Positions 18,959-27,950 of a DNA stretch of 64,000 nucleotides are shown one piece after another. The notes under the pieces were generated by a model, which saw only the letters and a program-made list of their open reading frames with translations, was not told where the DNA came from and searched no databases. The stretch is from positions 248,001 through 312,000 of the IMG/VR virus record IMGVR_UViG_3300042564_002819; one strand, written 5' to 3'. Positions within the stretch are counted from its first letter, which is position 1, and each line of letters starts with the position of its first letter. The translations under genes were made by a program, and so were the position numbers.

Positions 18959-19181
18959 ATTTCACCAAACCGATAGCTATCCTAAAGGTTTAAGAGTTGA
19001 GGTCCATAATAACGATCTCACAAAGGCACTACGCAAACTTAAAAAGAAAATTGCAGACGACGGTATTATGCAAGATATTAAAAATAAAGAATTTTTTGAA
19101 AGCAAAAGTCTCAAGCGTCGTAAAGCAAAAGAAGCTGCAATTAGACGTTACAAGAAAACACAAAAAATGCAAGACCTCTAA
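18951..19181 (+). CDS. rpsU: Ribosomal protein bS21
   Basis: [18 protein letters not shown]...[21 protein letters not shown]. Confidence 0.85.
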   Translation: MNKFHQTDSYPKGLRVEVHNNDLTKALRKLKKKIADDGIMQDIKNKEFFESKSLKRRKAKEAAIRRYKKTQKMQDL

Positions 19182-19189
19182 GGTTTAAA

Positions 19190-20323
19190 ATGCGTTTAGA
19201 TTTAGATATAAAATTAGATTATAAAGACGTTCTTATACGTCCCAAAAGAAGTACATTAGGAAGTCGTGCAGAAGTAGATCTAATACGTAACTTTACGTTT
19301 AGAAACTATGTTCCTGGATTTCCTGAAAACACAGAAGATTATCATTATCGTGGTATTCCTATTATGGCAGCCAACATGGACGGTGTTGGCACATTTGAAG
19401 TAGCAGATGCTCTTGCGAAGCAAGGACTGTTTACATGCCTTGTAAAAACTTACACAGAAAAAGAATTAGTCGATTATTTTAATCAAGAACCGGGCGGCAT
19501 TTATAGAACAGATCATGTTGCTATGAGTATCGGAGTAAGCAATGCAGATTACGAAAAGTTCTGTAAAGTTTATTTAAGTCTCGGTGCTAGATTAAAATAC
19601 CTCTGTATCGATGTTGCTAATGGATATACAGAAACTTTTGTTAATCATGTAAGAAACATTCGCGAACGCTATCCGGAAATAGTTATTATTGCCGGTAACG
19701 TAGTAACAGGCGAAATGACGGAGGAACTTATTCTTGCTGGAGCAGATATCGTTAAAGTTGGCATTGGTCCTGGTAGTGTTTGTACTACTCGTATACAGAC
19801 TGGTGTGGGTTATCCGCAATTATCAGCAGTTATCGAATGTGCAGATGCTGCTCATGGACTCGGTGGTCATATTATTGCTGACGGGGGTTGCACTTGTCCT
19901 GGCGACGTAGCCAAAGCATTTGCAGCCGGTGCTGACTTTGTAATGCTAGGTGGAATGTTAGCCGGGCATGATCAAGGCGGCGGCAACGTTATACACAAGG
20001 CTTTCAAGACTGGCGAAATACACTATGATAACGGCGACGAAATACTTGATATAAAAAAGTTTGTGCAGTTTTATGGTATGAGTTCAAAAGCTGCTAACGA
20101 TAAACACTTCGGTGGCTTAAAAGATTACAGAGCATCCGAAGGTAGAGAAGTTCTTGTACCTTACAGAGGTGATGTACAAGTAACTGTGCAAGAAATACTA
20201 GGCGGGCTGCGTAGTACTTGCACGTATGCAGGTGCTAAGACATTAAAACAACTTAGCAAATGCACAACCTTTGTACGTGTAACACAGCAATTTAATGCTG
20301 TTTATGCGAACAATGGTAAATAA
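19190..20323 (+). CDS. guaC: GMP reductase
   Basis: [41 protein letters not shown]. Confidence 0.95.
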   Translation: MRLDLDIKLDYKDVLIRPKRSTLGSRAEVDLIRNFTFRNYVPGFPENTEDYHYRGIPIMAANMDGVGTFEVADALAKQGLFTCLVKTYTEKELVDYFNQEPGGIYRTDHVAMSIGVSNADYEKFCKVYLSLGARLKYLCIDVANGYTETFVNHVRNIRERYPEIVIIAGNVVTGEMTEELILAGADIVKVGIGPGSVCTTRIQTGVGYPQLSAVIECADAAHGLGGHIIADGGCTCPGDVAKAFAAGADFVMLGGMLAGHDQGGGNVIHKAFKTGEIHYDNGDEILDIKKFVQFYGMSSKAANDKHFGGLKDYRASEGREVLVPYRGDVQVTVQEILGGLRSTCTYAGAKTLKQLSKCTTFVRVTQQFNAVYANNGK

Positions 20324-20378
20324 AAGTGGAACGCCAAAACGGGTTCCGAAAGATCTTGCTTAAATAAGGAGATATAAA

Positions 20379-20813
20379 ATGACAAGACTTACAACATTAG
20401 ACCTACCCTCATTTCATCGTGCCACAGTTGGCTTTGACAGAATTTTTAATGAAATTGAACGTCAATTTGCCAATTCTCCAAATACCAACAACTATCCTCC
20501 ATACAACGTTGCTGAAATCAACGAAAACGAATGGATGATCAGTATTGCAGTTGCTGGCTTTGGAATGGACAATCTCGATATTGTACACGATAAAAATATC
20601 TTGACTGTTGAGGGCACATCTCCAAAAGGAGACGAGGAAGTAAAGTATCTACACAAGGGACTCGGAAGACGCAGTTTCCGTAGAAGCTTTACACTAGCCG
20701 ACTTTGTTGAAGTTGCAAACGCAACCCTTGAGCTCGGTATGCTAAATATTCATCTAAAGCGTAATGTTCCAGAAGAACTACAGCCGAAGAGAATTGAAAT
20801 TATTGCTAACTAA
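20379..20813 (+). CDS. Small heat-shock protein Hsp20 (IbpA-like)
   Basis: YPPYN, AVAGF, YLHKG, FRRSFTLAD, GMLNIHL. Confidence 0.95.
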   Translation: MTRLTTLDLPSFHRATVGFDRIFNEIERQFANSPNTNNYPPYNVAEINENEWMISIAVAGFGMDNLDIVHDKNILTVEGTSPKGDEEVKYLHKGLGRRSFRRSFTLADFVEVANATLELGMLNIHLKRNVPEELQPKRIEIIAN

Positions 20814-20820
20814 TGTCTAA

Positions 20821-20849
20821 TTGTTAGAGGGTGCAACACCCTCTAACAA
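20821..20849 (+). terminator. Stem-loop after hsp20
   Basis: TTGTTAGAGGGTG-CAA-CACCCTCTAACAA. Confidence 0.55.
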
Positions 20850-20866
20850 ACCTTGGAGAAAAATAA

Positions 20867-21199
20867 ATGACAAATGATGTATATAAACAAAAAGAACAAC
20901 TCGACATTGCTAAAGTTAATGAAAAAATAAAAGTTGATTATAAAGAACCGTCGAGATTTAAGGTTGTGTTTTTAAATGACGACCATACTCCAATGGAATT
21001 TGTAGTTATGTTATTAGTCAAACTTTTTAAACACTCTGAAGAAACTGCACACGCTCTTACTATGAAAATTCACGAAGAAGGTTCGGGAGTTGTTGGAGTT
21101 TACAGTTATGAAATTGCCGAAGAAAAGGCCATAGAAACAATTTCTGTTTGCAGAGATAACGGGTTTCCTTTAAGAATTAAGTTAGAGGAAGAAGCTTGA
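20867..21199 (+). CDS. clpS: Clp protease adaptor ClpS
   Basis: KVVFLNDDHTPMEFVV, IHEEG, YEIAE, FPL. Confidence 0.95.
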   Translation: MTNDVYKQKEQLDIAKVNEKIKVDYKEPSRFKVVFLNDDHTPMEFVVMLLVKLFKHSEETAHALTMKIHEEGSGVVGVYSYEIAEEKAIETISVCRDNGFPLRIKLEEEA

Positions 21200-21723
21200 A
21201 GTTAAAAGAACTAACATACGAAGTTCATCAACGTGCTGAACGTACCGAATTTGCACGAAATCTTCTTAAAGGGCTTTCTCCAGAAGAATACCATCGTTAT
21301 CTGTATAATCAGTATATGATATATTCTATACTTGAAGATGCTGCCAAGCATGTATTACCTGAACTAAAAGAAATCTATAGAGCAGAACGCATTTATGCAG
21401 ATATCAGAGAACTCGAACGAGAATACGCTATAGGCACCACACCCAGTCTCTTAATGCCAGTTGTGCGTGAATATGAAAAGCATATTATAAATCTAAATCG
21501 AGAAGGTATACTTGCTCACATTTACGTTCGTCATTTTGGCGATATGTATGGCGGCCAGATGATTAAGAAACGTAATCCAGGATCAGGAACTATGTATGAT
21601 TTTGATAACGTTGAAGAACTTAAAACTAAGGTTAGATCAATGCTGTCAGATGACATGGCAGAAGAAGCAAATCGTTGTTTTGAGTTTGCTATTCAATTGT
21701 TTACGGAATTAACCAATGAGTGA
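21196..21723 (+). CDS. Heme oxygenase (HemO/Ho1-like)
   Basis: LKELTYEVHQRAE, AHIYVRHFGDMYGGQMI. Confidence 0.9.
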   Translation: MKLKELTYEVHQRAERTEFARNLLKGLSPEEYHRYLYNQYMIYSILEDAAKHVLPELKEIYRAERIYADIRELEREYAIGTTPSLLMPVVREYEKHIINLNREGILAHIYVRHFGDMYGGQMIKKRNPGSGTMYDFDNVEELKTKVRSMLSDDMAEEANRCFEFAIQLFTELTNE

Positions 21724-22396
21724 AGTTTGGAATCAGTTAGTCAATCTTCAAGATAAAATTATATCTAAACTCAACTCGTGTGCCACAGAAGTATACGAGC
21801 CTGGCATGGATAGATTTAATCAGCCGGGCTGGGTGAATAGAGTTTGGCAAAACGACACAATTCGTCGTGCCCATGTTGATGTGGTTGATGCAAGATCAAC
21901 TAAAGGACTGTGGATGATGCATGTTTGTTTATTTCCACATTGCACAGATACTGCACCAATTTACGGGCTAGACATAATAGCAGGTAAAAATAAAGTTACA
22001 GGATTTTTTCACGATTTTAGTCCAACTGTAGCACCTAATCATACAATGATTATAAACTTTGGAAAAGTTGTATCTGAGTATGACTGGAAAAAAGAAAGAG
22101 AGCTTCCTGACTGGGCTAAAGCTATTTTTAGTCAGTATATGGTTGCTGTTGGTAATGTAAATACCAACGAAGAATTAGAATCGTTAATAGACTTAAGTCT
22201 TAACAATCTTGATGACTGGCTTGGATATTACAGATACACAAAATGCACTTACGAAGAAGGCGCGGCAGCACAAAATCGTTATGCATATTATCAAAAACAA
22301 AATCCGCATACACCAAGAACAATGACAGCTCTTGGACTAAACGAAGAAGATGTACAAGTTTTTGTACAGGAATGCTTGTTTCCTGATATAAAATAA
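21716..22396 (+). CDS. Ferredoxin-dependent bilin reductase (PcyX/PcyA-like)
   Basis: RRAH, MMHVCLFP, PIYGLD, FHDFSP, RELPDWA, QKQNPHT; coupled to heme oxygenase. Confidence 0.85.
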   Translation: MSEVWNQLVNLQDKIISKLNSCATEVYEPGMDRFNQPGWVNRVWQNDTIRRAHVDVVDARSTKGLWMMHVCLFPHCTDTAPIYGLDIIAGKNKVTGFFHDFSPTVAPNHTMIINFGKVVSEYDWKKERELPDWAKAIFSQYMVAVGNVNTNEELESLIDLSLNNLDDWLGYYRYTKCTYEEGAAAQNRYAYYQKQNPHTPRTMTALGLNEEDVQVFVQECLFPDIK

Positions 22397-22451
22397 TATT
22401 AGCATACATAGAAATGACTCCGTTAGTTAAATAATAATGGAGGGCATTCCA

Positions 22452-22907
22452 ATGAAAAAAATAATAATAATCGCATGTTTGATTGCGAATCCGGCCCTAG
22501 CGGATATCGTGTTTGAATTTAATTCCCCTGCTTTTAGCGGCAATGGATATAGTACACACGTTCTTACTATTGAACAGTTAGAGCAACAACGCAGAGATAA
22601 AATTAAAGCAGACGAGCAAGCAGAACTTGATCGCATTGAGCGTGAATATCGTAACAGTAACGCTTATAAATTTCAAAACAACTTAGAAAGTCGTATCTAC
22701 GCACAACTGTCAAAACAAATAGCAGATGCACTATTTGGCGAAGGCGGCACCATTACAATAGGAGAATGGGCAGAAGCAGAAACTCCATTCGGCGATAATA
22801 TTCGTTGGATGAGAGATGTTGATGACAGAATTTATATAGAGGTATACGACTCAAATGGAGAGTTAGTATCTAGCTTTGATGTACCAGTAGGGGAGTTTGC
22901 GTTCTAA
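22452..22907 (+). CDS. csgF: Curli assembly protein CsgF-like
   Basis: Signal peptide then VFEFNSPAFSG; upstream of csgG. Confidence 0.7.
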   Translation: MKKIIIIACLIANPALADIVFEFNSPAFSGNGYSTHVLTIEQLEQQRRDKIKADEQAELDRIEREYRNSNAYKFQNNLESRIYAQLSKQIADALFGEGGTITIGEWAEAETPFGDNIRWMRDVDDRIYIEVYDSNGELVSSFDVPVGEFAF

Positions 22908-23680
22908 TGAAAATACTATTATCTATATTGCTGGCCACATCTATATTAGCAAGTTGTTCATCTACAGTGAATAGAATTGAAAGTGAACCGCCGCAGGTTG
23001 TGATCACAGACGAAGAATACCTAAATGCACTTCCTCCTCTAGCAGGACCTATGGTAGCAGCAGTGTATCAATTTGAAGATAAAACAGGGCAGCGTAAACC
23101 TAGTGAACGCCTTGCAAATATCAGCACAGCCGTTACACAAGGTGCAAGTGAATACGTAATTAAAGCACTACGCGAAGTAGGCAACGGTACATGGTTTAAA
23201 GTTGTTGAACGTGTGGGATTAGAAAACTTGTCTAAAGAGCGTCAGATTATTAGACAGACCAGAGAAAGTGTAGGAGACGAAACTCCTCTAGCACCAATGA
23301 TGTTTGCAGGACTAATTGTAGAAGGTGCTATAGTTGGTTATGATTCAAATACTCTAACAGGCGGAGCGGGGGCACGCTATTTAGGTATAGGACCGAGCAC
23401 TCAATACACAGAAGATGTTATAACTGTAACAATGCGTTGTGTAAGTGTGCAGACCGGTGAAATATTAACCAGCACGGCGGTAACAAAAACAGTTGTAAGC
23501 ACTAGCACAGATATGGGGGTATTTCGCTTTATTGAGTTAGGCACACAAGCAGTTGAATTAGAAGTGGGCAACAGTCAAAACGAAAGCGTAAATCATGCTG
23601 TAAGATTGGCAATTCAAGCAGCAATAGTAGAAATGATAAAGGAAGGTGCGGATAACGGTATCTGGACCATCCAACAATAA
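22907..23680 (+). CDS. csgG: Curli secretion channel lipoprotein CsgG
   Basis: Lipobox LASC; AVYQFEDKTGQRKP, STAVTQG, WFKVVER, GAIVGYDSN, GARYLGIG. Confidence 0.92.
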   Translation: MKILLSILLATSILASCSSTVNRIESEPPQVVITDEEYLNALPPLAGPMVAAVYQFEDKTGQRKPSERLANISTAVTQGASEYVIKALREVGNGTWFKVVERVGLENLSKERQIIRQTRESVGDETPLAPMMFAGLIVEGAIVGYDSNTLTGGAGARYLGIGPSTQYTEDVITVTMRCVSVQTGEILTSTAVTKTVVSTSTDMGVFRFIELGTQAVELEVGNSQNESVNHAVRLAIQAAIVEMIKEGADNGIWTIQQ

Positions 23681-23719
23681 ACAGAGTAAGATAAAACTTA
23701 CCAATACGAGGGCAAAAAA

Positions 23720-24553
23720 ATGAAAAAGATTCTAACCACAGTGGCTTTCTCTATGTTGGCAACAACAGCGATAGCAAGTGAAGTATATATTGATCAAGCA
23801 GGTGGTGCATTGAATGTAGATGTGCTACAAGAAAATGGACTTAACCGTGTTAATAGAGAAGACAACCCTTTTGATATTGAAGGAAATGACATTGATATTA
23901 ACATAACTCAAAACGGCGACGGCAACGAAGCAGATTTTGAATTAGAATCAGGGGCAAATAATACTACACTGGTCTACAGTGCCGCTGGAGATTATAACAC
24001 TATAATTGGACAAATATTTGGCGGAATTTCAAATACATTTGATACTACTATTACTGGTAGTTCGAACGCTATTACATACTGTAGAGATTATACAAACAGT
24101 AATTGTAATGGTGTAATTGTTAACAATACCACAACTACAGTAGAACTAATAGGTAGTAATAACCAGTTGAACTTTGCATTAGACAGTGCAGATAGCACTA
24201 ATAATATAAAAATAGGACAAACTACTCCTAGCGATCAAAACGTGTTCAATCTTACACAAATTTCAACAGCAGGCTATGACTCTGTAACTGCTAACATTGA
24301 TGGAGATTCAAACACTACCGATATTACTCAAAATACCACAGGTGGAAACAATGTAGTAATTATGGACATCATTGGTGGAAACAACGTATTAGCATTTACT
24401 CAAACTGGAGCAGCAGGTTATAACAATATCACAATGGACATAACCGGAAACTCCAATGCATTTACGTTTGATCAACAGACTGCTATAGGATATACTTATA
24501 TCACTGGTGTAGTTGCTGGTAATTCAAATACTGTGAATATATTACAGAACTAA
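23720..24553 (+). CDS. Curlin-repeat secreted protein
   Basis: Signal peptide; repeated Q-x-G-x-x-N and G-x-x-N beta-arc units. Confidence 0.75.
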   Translation: MKKILTTVAFSMLATTAIASEVYIDQAGGALNVDVLQENGLNRVNREDNPFDIEGNDIDINITQNGDGNEADFELESGANNTTLVYSAAGDYNTIIGQIFGGISNTFDTTITGSSNAITYCRDYTNSNCNGVIVNNTTTTVELIGSNNQLNFALDSADSTNNIKIGQTTPSDQNVFNLTQISTAGYDSVTANIDGDSNTTDITQNTTGGNNVVIMDIIGGNNVLAFTQTGAAGYNNITMDITGNSNAFTFDQQTAIGYTYITGVVAGNSNTVNILQN

Positions 24554-24554
24554 T

Positions 24555-25649
24555 ATGTGGCGTTGGTTTGGAATAATGGTTATTATACCTAGCATAGCAT
24601 TTGCTGAAGTGGGCAGTATCACAGAGTTTGATGGCAATCCTGCAGGTGCTGTTCGTAGCAAAGAAGAACTTGTTTTTGAACAAGCAGGGTTCGGTGTGGA
24701 AATGCTAGACAAGTTGATTACTGCTCAAACTAATTTAGAAATTACATTTGAAGACGATTCAAAAGTAAGAATTACTGAACAAAGTGAATTAGTGATAGAC
24801 GATTTTGTATATGACCCAAACACCAGCACAGGAAGTATGAGTATGAAAGTTGCCCTCGGCACTGTACAAATGACCAGCGGTAAACTAGCTAAAACTAGCC
24901 GAGATCGTGTAAGTATAAACACGCCTACTGCTAGCATAACAGTTAGAGGTACTGATTTTTCAATGACTGTGGACGAGTTAGGTCGTAGTCTGATAATTCT
25001 GCTTCCAAGTTGCCCTGACGAAACACTCAACGAAGACGAATGTCCAGTGGGTGCTATTACAGTTAGTAACGCAGCAGGTAGTGTATCTCTTAACGAAGCA
25101 TACCAAGGAACTATGGTAAGCAGTATGGCAATGTTACCAAGCGATCCTCGTAGATTATTGTTACAAAGATCAAATATTAACAATGAATTAATCATTGTTC
25201 CTCCTAGTGAATTTCCAAACGGATTTGCTACTGAAGACGAAGAAGAAGAAATTAGAACAGGCCTTGATGTAGACTTTTTAGAATATCAAGAACTTAGCGT
25301 AAATTTATTAAACGACGATCTTCTTAACTTTTCACAATTAGACGTAAACAGGCTTAATAACAAATACTTGGATAACTTTTTAGATTTCACACCAGGCTTA
25401 GACGACAACGAACTAGATGAAGAAGAAAATACAATTTTACCAAACATACACAAATATCCATGGATGACATGGATTGCAAACGAAGAAAGCATATTTATAG
25501 ACAGTGATCGCCCTCCTCACATTGCTGTTCTAAATACCAGGGCAGACACACACGGAACTTACAGTCTTACACAAGACGACTACGTTGCAAACGTTCAAAT
25601 ACAAGACGGTGGCGACAACATCAATATTAAGGTGGTACAAAAACAATGA
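24555..25649 (+). CDS. FecR-domain periplasmic protein
   Basis: ITFEDDSKVRITEQSELVIDDFVYDP, TPTASITVRGTDF. Confidence 0.85.
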   Translation: MWRWFGIMVIIPSIAFAEVGSITEFDGNPAGAVRSKEELVFEQAGFGVEMLDKLITAQTNLEITFEDDSKVRITEQSELVIDDFVYDPNTSTGSMSMKVALGTVQMTSGKLAKTSRDRVSINTPTASITVRGTDFSMTVDELGRSLIILLPSCPDETLNEDECPVGAITVSNAAGSVSLNEAYQGTMVSSMAMLPSDPRRLLLQRSNINNELIIVPPSEFPNGFATEDEEEEIRTGLDVDFLEYQELSVNLLNDDLLNFSQLDVNRLNNKYLDNFLDFTPGLDDNELDEEENTILPNIHKYPWMTWIANEESIFIDSDRPPHIAVLNTRADTHGTYSLTQDDYVANVQIQDGGDNINIKVVQKQ

Positions 25650-27295
25650 AAACAATAATAAAAATAATCGCAACATTTTTTGTACTAACATTTGCCACAG
25701 CAGCAAACGCTGCAATTACAGATGGTAAATTTGGTATAGCACAAATATTTGACGTTCAATATTATTGGAATGGAACAACGCTTAATGCAAGCAACTTTAT
25801 TGCTCCATACGATAAGGACTTCAACACAGTAACAGCAACCTCCGGGCAGTATTTTGAATTTTTTGATTCAACAGTGCAACCGGGAAAACAAGGTCTAAGA
25901 TTAATGAATTCCAACGGAACACTGGATCGTATTATTCATGACTACGGAGACATTACAGCACTAGGCTCCGGCGCCATATTTTATATCGGCAGCGGATTCT
26001 TTGGTAATGTTATCTCGACAGCACAAGGTTATAACTATGGATCTAGTGCTTCGTTTACAAATATGGATACAAGTGTAGATTCAAGTGATTTAACAAGTTA
26101 CACTTTCGCAAGTTCGCAGCCGCTAGCAGCAGGACAAAGTGCTGCTCCAGCAGGTCCAACTTATACTAACCTAAACAGTACTATAACAACTGTTTATCCA
26201 ACTAGTACTAATACACCTGCAGGTGAAGAAGCCATTAAAGCAGTCGACGGCAGCGGCAGCACCAAGTATCTTAACTTTGACAGAGAAACAGCAGGTTTCA
26301 CTGTAAAATTAAGTGCAGGTCGTGTGGTAAAAGCATTGCAATTCACAACAGCAAACGATTTTGCATTGCGTGATCCAACTAAGTTTACACTTTATGGTTC
26401 AAACGATGGTGTTACTTGGACAGCAATTGTACAAGATCAACCTATTACACTGCCTAGCGGACGTGGTGTAACAATAGATCCTGTAGTTATTACAAACACA
26501 ACAGCATATGTTTATTACTTTATTACATTCCCTGAATTAAAGTCAACAACAGATCCTAGTTGTGCTAATCCAACTACACAACAACAGATACTTGCTTGCG
26601 ACAGTGTTCAGATTGCAGAAGTAATATTCTTGATGGAAGACGGCGATACCACTACCAGCACTGACCAAGGTTCAGGAAGTGTAAGCAACCCAGGTCCACA
26701 AGTACAAGTACCGTTAACCAGTATCACAAGTGTACAACAAGCACAAGTTGCAACAGCATTTGCTATTACAAGTGGCAACAATGTTGACTTTACTATTATA
26801 GGTAGTTCAAACACAGTTGACATTGAACAACTAAGCAATGGTAACTATGTATTACTTTACTTAAACGGTAGTTCAAACACACTGGATATTTCACAGAGTG
26901 GATCAAATGCTGATAGAAACTTTGCTGACATTAACATTGTAGGCAGCAACAACACTATGACATTTGAACAAAGTGGTAACAGCAACAAAACAGCATTTTT
27001 AGATATTGACGGTAGTTACGGAACATACAACATTACTCAAACAGGAACTGGACTACATCATTTAGATCTTACCAACGTCGGCGATGATGCTACAGTTACA
27101 GTATTGCAAGAAGGTGCAGGTAATCATCAAGCAATAGTAGAACTAGAAAATGCAGGCGGAAACTGGAACTTCAATCTTACACAGAGTGGAGATACAAGTC
27201 AGCTGTATAGTCTTCCAAATAACCTCAGTGACAATACTGTAGTAAATGGCGTTTGTACTAGCGGCACTTGCAATATGACAGTTAATCAACAATAA
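25646..27295 (+). CDS. Secreted protein with a discoidin (F5/8C)-like domain and C-terminal curlin repeats
   Basis: AVDGSGSTKYLNF...TANDFALRDPTKFTLYGSNDG; C-terminal GSSNT.DI.Q repeats. Confidence 0.75.
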   Translation: MKTIIKIIATFFVLTFATAANAAITDGKFGIAQIFDVQYYWNGTTLNASNFIAPYDKDFNTVTATSGQYFEFFDSTVQPGKQGLRLMNSNGTLDRIIHDYGDITALGSGAIFYIGSGFFGNVISTAQGYNYGSSASFTNMDTSVDSSDLTSYTFASSQPLAAGQSAAPAGPTYTNLNSTITTVYPTSTNTPAGEEAIKAVDGSGSTKYLNFDRETAGFTVKLSAGRVVKALQFTTANDFALRDPTKFTLYGSNDGVTWTAIVQDQPITLPSGRGVTIDPVVITNTTAYVYYFITFPELKSTTDPSCANPTTQQQILACDSVQIAEVIFLMEDGDTTTSTDQGSGSVSNPGPQVQVPLTSITSVQQAQVATAFAITSGNNVDFTIIGSSNTVDIEQLSNGNYVLLYLNGSSNTLDISQSGSNADRNFADINIVGSNNTMTFEQSGNSNKTAFLDIDGSYGTYNITQTGTGLHHLDLTNVGDDATVTVLQEGAGNHQAIVELENAGGNWNFNLTQSGDTSQLYSLPNNLSDNTVVNGVCTSGTCNMTVNQQ

Positions 27296-27311
27296 ATTTG
27301 TATACCACCTT

Positions 27312-27340
27312 AATGATAGGGCCTACGGGCCCTATCATTT
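27312..27340 (+). terminator. Intrinsic terminator (cUACGg loop)
   Basis: AATGATAGGGCC-TACG-GGCCCTATCATTTT. Confidence 0.8.
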
Positions 27341-27368
27341 TAAATAAATACGTTAGGGGGCAATAACA

Positions 27369-27707
27369 ATGGATTTAGTATACGGAATAGCATTGAGTTT
27401 TCATCTAGGAATGAACGAGGACTACAATAATTTGCATCCACATATTCGTTTACAAAACGATGACTTTATTGCAGGTGCTTACTACAATAGCGAAGATGCA
27501 TTAAGTGCTTATGCTGGGATTGAGCTAGGCAGCGGAAAATGGAATCACGAATTCGGTTTAGTATCTGGATACAATGAAAGCACTGTAATTCCTTTTGTTA
27601 GATCCACTTATGAATTAAATGATAATACAATAGGTTATATATCGCCAGGGTTCGAAGATAACAACATTGGTGTAGTATTAGGCATAGAATTTCAAATTAA
27701 AAAATGA
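27369..27707 (+). CDS. Small beta-barrel-like protein
   Basis: SFH...YNNLHP, GAYYNSE, GLVSGY, LGIEF. Confidence 0.55.
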   Translation: MDLVYGIALSFHLGMNEDYNNLHPHIRLQNDDFIAGAYYNSEDALSAYAGIELGSGKWNHEFGLVSGYNESTVIPFVRSTYELNDNTIGYISPGFEDNNIGVVLGIEFQIKK

Positions 27708-27943
27708 AGTGGCTGATCGATCTATTTAAAGGAAAAGAAGATGAAGTACACAGTGGATCATCGGACCTCCATATTAGAATTGCTGAAATCCAGACCCGCA
27801 TCGCCGCTGTTAGAAGCCGCAATGGCTGGGACAAAGAACCCTATAAAAATACTAAAATACAATCCCAACCAGTGGTGGCCCAGGAAAAACCTAAAGTAGG
27901 CAGCGAAGATTTAAAAGCTAAACTACTTGCTATAAAAAAATAA
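27704..27943 (+). CDS. Hypothetical protein
   Basis: ATGA overlap. Confidence 0.6.
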   Translation: MKWLIDLFKGKEDEVHSGSSDLHIRIAEIQTRIAAVRSRNGWDKEPYKNTKIQSQPVVAQEKPKVGSEDLKAKLLAIKK

Positions 27944-27950
27944 ATACAGT

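Noticed and set aside
21196-22396. Cyanophage assignment from the bilin genes and pstS
   Set aside because: No photosystem genes in the window; the tRNA-His identity and tmRNA tag style fit alphaproteobacteria better
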